DNA from: an uncultured Eubacteriales bacterium
Lineage (GTDB): Bacteria; Acidobacteriota; Aminicenantia; Aminicenantales; Aminicenantaceae
Length of the DNA: 64,000 bases
Reading direction: 5' to 3'
Assembly (NCBI GenBank): GCA_964514305.1
Contig: CAZEQD010000002.1
Coordinates: 21,346 to 85,345 of the forward strand
Shown here piece by piece: positions 57,816 to 64,000 of this stretch (the first letter of the stretch is position 1; every line of letters starts with the position of its first letter). The notes beneath the pieces were generated by a model. The model made no database searches and had not been told where the DNA came from. It worked only from the letters and a program-made list of their open reading frames with translations. The position numbers were made by a program, and so were the translations under genes.

Positions 57816-58697
57816 ATGAGCTTTAAAGATTGTCTTCAATTTCTATTTTTTAAAAAAATTAAGGTAGTTATTTCCATTATGCCGCGAATTTTAGTTATTT
57901 TTTGGGGTCGGCTTGTAGGTATTTCTATTTATTTTTTGGACAAAAAACACCGCTCTATTGCCCAAGCCAATCTCAGCCAGGCCATGGGCCCTGATTTTTC
58001 TTCCCACTCAATCAAAAAAATCTCGCGCCGCTGTTTTATTCATTTTGGCCAGACTTTTTTTGACCTGATTAAATTTGGCCAGCTAAGCCCTAAGAAAAAA
58101 AATAAATTAATAAAGATAGAAGGGGCCGAATATTTAAAAAAGGCCCTCGATCAAGGAAAAGGAATCCTCCTTTTTTCTGGCCACTTTGGCAATTGGGAAG
58201 TGGCCACTCCTTTTTTATCCAGTTTGACCAAATTAAATGTTATCGCCCGGCCTTTGGATAACCGCTTGTTAGAAAAAGAACTTTACAAACTTCGGACAAA
58301 ACTGGGAGCAACCATTATCTACAAACAGCAAGCGGCCAAACCCATCTTGAAAAGCTTGAGCCAGGGAGAAATGGTAGCCATTTTAATTGATCAAAATGTC
58401 CTCCGCTCTCAGGCTATATTCGTAGATTTTTTTAACAAAAAGGCAGCCACAACTCCCAGCTTGGCTGCTTTCCACCTGCGGACAAAAGCCGCTCTTCTGC
58501 CTGTTTTTTGCTACCCCCTTTCCTCAAAACAATATTTTTTAAAAATATACCCCCCCCTAAAAATACATGTATCGGGAAACCAAAGCCAAGATTTGTTGAA
58601 AATAACCCAAATATGCACTAAGATTATAGAAAATCAAATAAAGAAAAACCCAGAATATTGGTTCTGGTTCCATCGAAGATGGAAGACAAGACCATAA
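57816..58697 (+). CDS. Lipid A biosynthesis late acyltransferase (LpxL/HtrB family)
   Basis: GHFGNWEV (H-x4-E/D acyltransferase motif) and overall LpxL-like layout; adjacent to lpxK. Confidence 0.75.
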   Translation: MSFKDCLQFLFFKKIKVVISIMPRILVIFWGRLVGISIYFLDKKHRSIAQANLSQAMGPDFSSHSIKKISRRCFIHFGQTFFDLIKFGQLSPKKKNKLIKIEGAEYLKKALDQGKGILLFSGHFGNWEVATPFLSSLTKLNVIARPLDNRLLEKELYKLRTKLGATIIYKQQAAKPILKSLSQGEMVAILIDQNVLRSQAIFVDFFNKKAATTPSLAAFHLRTKAALLPVFCYPLSSKQYFLKIYPPLKIHVSGNQSQDLLKITQICTKIIENQIKKNPEYWFWFHRRWKTRP

Positions 58698-59458
58698 TGA
58701 GAGCTAAAAAAAGAGCTGCAGATGAATTAAGACCAGTCAAACTAAAACTTGACTGTTTAGACTTTGCCTTTGCCTCTACCTTTATAGAGATGGGAAAAAC
58801 TAAAATTATTGCTGCTGCTACTGTTGAAGAAAAAGTACCTCTCTTCATTAAAAATACGGGTAGTGGCTGGATTACGGCTGAATATGCCCTCCTTCCTTGT
58901 TCTACAGAAAAAAGAACATCCAGAGAAAGAATGCCTGGCCGTATCTCCGGCCGGACCCAAGAAATACAGCGTCTAATTGGTCGGGCTCTCCGAGCTGTGA
59001 CTGACCTTAGTAGTTTAGGAGAAAGAACTATTATTATTGACTGTGATGTTATTCAGGCAGATGGGGGCACAAGAGCTGCTTCTATTACAGCCAGTTGTGT
59101 GGCTTTGGCTCTGGCTCTAAAAAAAATGTTAGATGAAGGCCTACTTGACCATATGCCCCTTAGACACCTAGTCAGTGCTGTCAGTGTGGGCATAGTCGAG
59201 GGTGTAGCTCTCTTAGATCTTGACTACAGTGAAGATTCCCAAGCCCAGGTAGATATGAATGTAGTAGCCACTGACATAGGACAGATCGTTGAAATCCAGG
59301 CTTCAGCGGAAAAATATCCTTTTAGTCATAAAGAATTCAATTCCCTTTTAGAAATGGCCAATAAAGGCATAAATGAGCTCATTCATCTTCAAAAAGAAAC
59401 CCTTAAGAAAAAGAGCCTGCTCTTTATTGCTTACGGCCGAAAGGAAGAAAAAAAATGA
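58697..59458 (+). CDS. rph: Ribonuclease PH
   Basis: LRPVKL...[13 protein letters not shown]...[14 protein letters not shown]...[17 protein letters not shown]...[17 protein letters not shown] aligns closely with E. coli Rph. Start ATG 58697 overlaps the upstream stop; the ORF track begins at 58658. Confidence 0.9.
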   Translation: MRAKKRAADELRPVKLKLDCLDFAFASTFIEMGKTKIIAAATVEEKVPLFIKNTGSGWITAEYALLPCSTEKRTSRERMPGRISGRTQEIQRLIGRALRAVTDLSSLGERTIIIDCDVIQADGGTRAASITASCVALALALKKMLDEGLLDHMPLRHLVSAVSVGIVEGVALLDLDYSEDSQAQVDMNVVATDIGQIVEIQASAEKYPFSHKEFNSLLEMANKGINELIHLQKETLKKKSLLFIAYGRKEEKK

Positions 59459-60387
59459 ATCGAATTTTGGTCACCGGGGGCGCCGGTTTTTTAGGCAGCC
59501 ACCTTTGTGATTATCTTATAAAAAAAGCAGAAGATGTTATCTGCGTCGATAATTTCTTCTCCGGGAACAAAGATAATATCCGCCATTTACATAACCATCC
59601 TTATTTTGAAATAATCCGTCATGATATTATTCATCCTCTTTTTATTGAGGTAGACAAAGTTTATCACCTCGCCTGTCCCGCCTCTCCTATTCATTATCAA
59701 TATAATGCTATCAAAACAGTGAAAACCAATGTAATGGGAACCATTAACATGCTTGGTCTGGCTAAAAGGGTAAAAGCCCGCATTCTGCTGGCTTCTTCCT
59801 CGGAAGTTTATGGAGACGCCAAAATTCATCCTCAACCAGAAAATTATTGGGGCAATGTCAATCCTATCGGTTTACGAAGTTGTTATGATGAAGGTAAAAG
59901 AGTGGCTGAAACTCTAATGATGGACTATTATCGCCAGAATAAAGTAGACATCAAGATAGCCCGAATTTTTAACACCTACGGACCGCGGATGGCTATTGAT
60001 GACGGCCGGGTAGTTAGTAATTTTATCGTCCAAGCTCTTAAAGGCCAACCTCTTACCATCTATGGCGACGGCAGCCAAACCAGGTCTTTCTGTTACGTTT
60101 CTGACCTTATTGAAGGTTTAGTAAGATTAATGAATGAGACTGAGTTTAAAGGCCCTGTTAATTTGGGAAATCCTCAAGAATTTTCTATTCTTGGGCTGGC
60201 TGAAAAAATTCTCAAATTAACCCATAGCCACTCAACCATTGTTCATAAACCCCTTCCGGCCGATGATCCCAGTCGAAGGCGCCCTGATATCTCCTTGGCC
60301 AGAGAGAAACTCCATTGGCAACCCAAAGTAACTCTTGAAGAAGGCTTGATAAAAACAATTGCCTATTTCAAAGAAAAATTGAATTAA
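59455..60387 (+). CDS. UDP-glucuronate decarboxylase (UDP-xylose synthase), SDR family
   Basis: [21 protein letters not shown]-binding motif, [14 protein letters not shown] catalytic motif; 310 aa. Confidence 0.85.
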   Translation: MNRILVTGGAGFLGSHLCDYLIKKAEDVICVDNFFSGNKDNIRHLHNHPYFEIIRHDIIHPLFIEVDKVYHLACPASPIHYQYNAIKTVKTNVMGTINMLGLAKRVKARILLASSSEVYGDAKIHPQPENYWGNVNPIGLRSCYDEGKRVAETLMMDYYRQNKVDIKIARIFNTYGPRMAIDDGRVVSNFIVQALKGQPLTIYGDGSQTRSFCYVSDLIEGLVRLMNETEFKGPVNLGNPQEFSILGLAEKILKLTHSHSTIVHKPLPADDPSRRRPDISLAREKLHWQPKVTLEEGLIKTIAYFKEKLN

Positions 60388-60407
60388 ACAAAGAGAGCCA
60401 TAGAAAT

Positions 60408-61075
60408 TTGAAAATTTCTGTTATTATACCTGCTTACAACGAAAAAAAACAATCGAAGAAGTCATTAAACGCGTTCAGAATGTTGAACTTGGATTGGAAA
60501 AGGAAATAATTGTCGTTGACGATGGCTCCCAGGACGGCACCCACCAGACATTAGAAAGACTAAGTCAACCTCATTTAAAAGTAATTTTCCATGCCAAAAA
60601 CAAAGGAAAGGGAGCTGCTCTACAAAGCGGCTTAGCTCAGGCTGAAGGGGATATTGTTATCATCCAAGATGCAGATTTAGAATATGATCCCCGAGATTAT
60701 CCTAAGCTCTTACAACCCATTTTGGAAGGAAGGGCCGATGCAGTTTATGGTTCACGCTTTCTGGGTGGCCCTCATCGAGTCCTTTTCTTCTGGAATTATA
60801 TTGGAAATAAATTCTTAACCACTCTTTCCAATATGCTCTCCAATTTAAATCTGACAGACATGGAAACCTGTTACAAAGTGATCAAAAAAGAAATATTAGA
60901 CAAAATGACCCTTAAATCCAAAAGATTCGGCATTGAACCAGAAATTACAATGAAACTAGCCAAACTAAAATGCAGAATTTATGAAGTGCCTATTTCTTAC
61001 TGGGAAAGAGATTATACAGAAGGGGAAAAAAATAGGCTGGAAAGATGCCTTAGCCGCTATCTTCCACATTTTTAG
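60408..61075 (+). pseudogene. Family-2 glycosyltransferase (dolichyl-phosphate mannosyltransferase-like) interrupted by a frameshift in an A8 homopolymer (60442-60449)
   Basis: Frame 0 reads (L/M)KISVIIPAYNEKKQSKKSLNAFRMLNLDWKRK then stop. Adding one A to the A8 run gives ...PAYNEKKTIEEVIKRVQNVELGLEKEIIVVDDGSQDGT..., continuous with the ORF at 60494-61075 (GT-A fold, DAD motif IQDADLEYDP). Confidence 0.7.
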
Positions 61076-61196
61076 GTTTAAATTCTTTAAATAAAAAATT
61101 AATACTCTTTTCAAAGCAAAAACAAATATTTATAATATTAACTATACATTTTAAATTATTACCTAGTTGGCGAGGAATAGTTTTAAGGAGGTTATA

Positions 61197-62603
61197 ATGA
61201 CCATCCTGACTAAATTGATACTATTAGCAATCATAGTTGTTGTTTTGGCTCTTATAGCCCTTCTTTTAGCCAAACAATACAGAAAAGTCGGGCCCAATGA
61301 GGTCCTTATTATTTCCGGAGGCCGCAAAAGAACAGTGGTTGAACCAGATGGGACAAAAAGGAAGATAGGCTATCGTTACCGCCTAGGAGGGGGAACATTT
61401 GTCATTCCTTTCCTAGAAACTGTAGACACGCTCCCCATGGAAGTCACAACTCTTAACATTAAAACTCCTGAAGTTTTAACCCATGGGGGGGTGCCTCTCA
61501 TGGCTGAAGCCACAGCTCAGGTTAAAATTGATTCTACTGATCACTCTATTCGTTTAGCGGCTGAGCAGTTTTTAGGATTGGGCAAGGAAGGCATCAGAGA
61601 TGTCTCTTCTACCATTCTGGAAGGTAAAATGAGAGAAATCATGGGAGCTATGACCGTAGAACAAATCTTCAAAGGCAGGCATGAATTCTCAGAAAAAGTA
61701 ACCGAAGTTACTCAGAGCGACTTTTCCCGAATGGGTTTGACTATGATTTCCTTTGCCCTCAAAGATATTAGCGATACCCAGGGCTATCTTGATGCTTTGG
61801 GAAAACCTCAAGTAGCAGCAGCTAAGAGAGATGCAGCCATTGCTGAAGCTGAAACCGAAAAAGAAGCTATGATCCGCTCTTCGGAAGCCAGAAAAGAAGG
61901 TGAAGTGTCCAGATTAGCAGCTGAAGCTTTAATCGCAAAAGCTGAATGGGAGAATGAAGCTAAAAAAGCAGCTTCCCAGGTAGAAGTTAACCAAAAAAAA
62001 GCCCAGGCAGATTTTGCTTATGAACTAGAACGTTTCCGTCTCAGCCAGCAGATAAAAAAAGAAGAAGCCAAGGTCAAACTAATAGAGAAAGAAGAAGCCA
62101 TTAAAATTGAAGAATTAGAGATAGCCAGAAGAGAAAAAGAATTAGATTCCAGTGTTCTCAAACCGGCTGATGCTCGAAAATACCAGATTAAAGCTGAGGC
62201 TGAAGCCGAAGAATTTCGTCTTCAGGCAGAAGCTAAAGGAAAAGCAGAAGCCTTAAAACTGGAAGGAGTGGCTGAAGCTGAAAAAGTTAAACAAAAGGGG
62301 CTGGCTGAAGCTGAAGCTATGCTTAAAAAAGCCCAAGCCTGGGAAAAATATAATCAGGCTGCCATCTTAGAAACTTATTTCCAGATTCTGCCAGAATTGG
62401 CTAAATCTGTAGCTGAACCTTTGACTAAAGTTGATAAAATAGTCCTAGTTGGAGGTGATAAGGGAGCCTCAGCTTCGAAAATAACTTCTCAGGTAGCTGA
62501 AATATTAGCCCAAATGCCTGAGGTAGTCCACTCTTTAACTGGGGTCGATCTCAAAAAGTATCTAAAGGATAAGCTTAGTCCTGAAGAAAAAGAAGAAGAA
62601 TAA
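61197..62603 (+). CDS. Flotillin-like SPFH/Band-7 protein (YqiK/FloT family)
   Basis: N-terminal TM, SPFH domain, then long EA-repeat coiled coil (AEAEAEEFRLQAEAKGKAEALKLEGVAEAEK). RBS aaggagg precedes ATG 61197. Confidence 0.85.
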   Translation: MTILTKLILLAIIVVVLALIALLLAKQYRKVGPNEVLIISGGRKRTVVEPDGTKRKIGYRYRLGGGTFVIPFLETVDTLPMEVTTLNIKTPEVLTHGGVPLMAEATAQVKIDSTDHSIRLAAEQFLGLGKEGIRDVSSTILEGKMREIMGAMTVEQIFKGRHEFSEKVTEVTQSDFSRMGLTMISFALKDISDTQGYLDALGKPQVAAAKRDAAIAEAETEKEAMIRSSEARKEGEVSRLAAEALIAKAEWENEAKKAASQVEVNQKKAQADFAYELERFRLSQQIKKEEAKVKLIEKEEAIKIEELEIARREKELDSSVLKPADARKYQIKAEAEAEEFRLQAEAKGKAEALKLEGVAEAEKVKQKGLAEAEAMLKKAQAWEKYNQAAILETYFQILPELAKSVAEPLTKVDKIVLVGGDKGASASKITSQVAEILAQMPEVVHSLTGVDLKKYLKDKLSPEEKEEE

Positions 62604-62631
62604 ATTTCGGTTCTTAAAAAATAGGTAACCC

Positions 62632-64000
62632 ATGATATCAGAAAAAGTAAATCAAATTGGCGAATCACTTACCCTTAAAATAACAGCCAAGGCCATGGCT
62701 ATGAAAGCTGAGGGCATAGATGTAGTTGACCTCAGCGCCGGCGAACCAGATTTTCCGACTCCGGACAACATTAAACAGGCGGGCATCCAAGCTATCACCC
62801 GGAATTTTACCAAATATACCCAAAACGACGGCATCCCGGCCTTAAAAGAAGCTATTATTAGCCGCCTTAAGGCAGATTACGGCCTCGATTATAATCCAGA
62901 AGAGATAATTGTCTCCAGCGGAGCTAAAAGTTCCCTTTACCATCTTCTTCAAGCTTTGATCAATGAGGGAGAAGAAGTAATCATTCCTTCTCCCTATTGG
63001 GTCACTTATCCATCGGCCGTCTCTCTGGCTAACGGCCGGGCTGTTATTGTACCTACCAAAGAAGAAGATGGTTTCCTCCTTAATCCAGAGCAGCTTAAAG
63101 CCACTATAAATCCCGCCACCAAAGCTCTTATCCTCAATAATCCGGCCAATCCAACTGGAGCTGCTTATCAAAAGCACCAGTTAGAAGCTTTAGCTGATGT
63201 AGTCATGGAAGAAGATATCTTTGTCATTGCTGACGAAATTTATGCCCAACTCGTCTATGATGACTTTCGCTTTGTCAGTTTTTCTTCTTTAGGGGAAGAA
63301 ATAAAAAGAAAAACGATAATAATCAACGGTGTCTCTAAATCCTATTCGATGACTGGCTGGCGGATTGGCTATGCAGCCGGACCAAGTGAAATTATTCGGG
63401 CTATGTCTAAAATTCAAAGCCACAGCACCTCCAATGCCTGTTCTATTTCCCAAAAAGCGAGTGTTGAAGCTCTCGTTGGCCCTCAATACGAAGTCTCTAA
63501 GATGAGGTCTGAATTTCAGCGTCGAAGAAATTATGCCTTAATGAGGCTCAAGACTATTCCTCATATTTCCTGCTTCAAACCTCAAGGAGCATTTTATCTT
63601 TTCCCTAATTTTTCAGCCTATTATGAAAAGGAGTTTAATAATAGCCTGATTCGCAACTCCTATGGTTTGGCCTATTACCTTCTCAAAGAAGCTAAAGTGG
63701 CTATAGTACCTGGGGCGGCCTTTGGCACCGACCGCTATCTCCGCCTTTCATACGCTACTTCTATGGCCAACCTGGAAAAGGGAATGGACAGGATAATCGA
63801 TGCCCTTTCTAATCTTAAAACCGCTAAAAAAGTCAAAAGAATTGTTCTCAATAACACTTTGACCCGAATAAGAAAGTCAGTGCCTGTCGATTCATCTATT
63901 TCCGTCAAGATGAGAGATGCTTTAGTGGCTGAGATGGAAAGTCACCTTAGCTATGAAAATTATTTCGAATGGAATGCCAATATAAATGGCGTCGTTGTTC
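62632..64000 (+). CDS. Aspartate/aromatic aminotransferase (class I PLP fold); reading frame continues to the window end past the usual C-terminus
   Basis: Own translation MISEKVNQIGESLTLKITAKAMAMKAEGIDVVDLSAGEPDFPTP...NPANPTGAAY...SKSYSMTGWRIGY...RLSYATSMANLEKGMDRIIDAL, then no stop through 64000. Absent from the ORF track because it is edge-truncated. Confidence 0.8.
   Translation, partial: MISEKVNQIGESLTLKITAKAMAMKAEGIDVVDLSAGEPDFPTPDNIKQAGIQAITRNFTKYTQNDGIPALKEAIISRLKADYGLDYNPEEIIVSSGAKSSLYHLLQALINEGEEVIIPSPYWVTYPSAVSLANGRAVIVPTKEEDGFLLNPEQLKATINPATKALILNNPANPTGAAYQKHQLEALADVVMEEDIFVIADEIYAQLVYDDFRFVSFSSLGEEIKRKTIIINGVSKSYSMTGWRIGYAAGPSEIIRAMSKIQSHSTSNACSISQKASVEALVGPQYEVSKMRSEFQRRRNYALMRLKTIPHISCFKPQGAFYLFPNFSAYYEKEFNNSLIRNSYGLAYYLLKEAKVAIVPGAAFGTDRYLRLSYATSMANLEKGMDRIIDALSNLKTAKKVKRIVLNNTLTRIRKSVPVDSSISVKMRDALVAEMESHLSYENYFEWNANINGVVV

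Noticed and set aside
1-64000. CRISPR arrays, tRNA or rRNA genes, transposases, integrases and prophage genes
   Set aside because: There are no regularly spaced short direct repeats and no GTTCGAATC-type T-loop in any intergenic spacer. No ORF has transposase, integrase or phage-structural motifs. All large spacers are explained by the structured repeat copies or by promoter regions.

Overview
This is an AT-rich (by eye roughly 38-40% GC) chromosomal window from a diderm, LPS-containing bacterium that also uses sigma-54. Evidence for a diderm envelope: lptB, a fused lptC/lptA-like gene, lptE, lpxK, an lpxL-like gene, murJ, and a complete Tol-Pal operon. Coding density is high and most genes are housekeeping.

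Housekeeping blocks present:
- DNA repair and replication: uvrA, holB, holA, recJ, ssb.
- The rpoN-hpf-ptsN-hprK-rapZ cluster, followed by EIIA(Man), HPr/NPr and Enzyme I.
- tolQ-tolR-tolA-tolB-pal-cpoB.
- ribD-ribE-ribBA.
- leuS-lptE-holA.
- A BtuFCD-like ABC importer, enolase, comEC, rph, a UDP-xylose synthase and a flotillin.

I found no transposase, integrase, phage gene, CRISPR array, tRNA or rRNA. The most unusual signal is non-coding: a ~170-180 bp element with nested inverted repeats occurs in 4 near-full copies plus 1 truncated copy, all in intergenic spacers and all in the same orientation. One copy sits next to a perfect 27-bp inverted repeat.

Other notable points:
- A DEAD/DEAH helicase with a C-terminal 4-Cys DUF1998/MrfA-like domain, divergent from uvrA.
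- A uvrA that lacks the insertion domain.
- A 625-aa LptC-LptA-like fusion.
- A family-2 glycosyltransferase interrupted at an A8 homopolymer.
- An aspartate aminotransferase ORF that runs past its normal C-terminus to the window edge.
- A split-type methylmalonyl-CoA mutase large subunit with no partner gene.
- Small clusters of uncharacterized membrane, secreted and lipoprotein genes.

Every functional call is inferred from motifs I recognise in the translated ORFs. No database search was possible.
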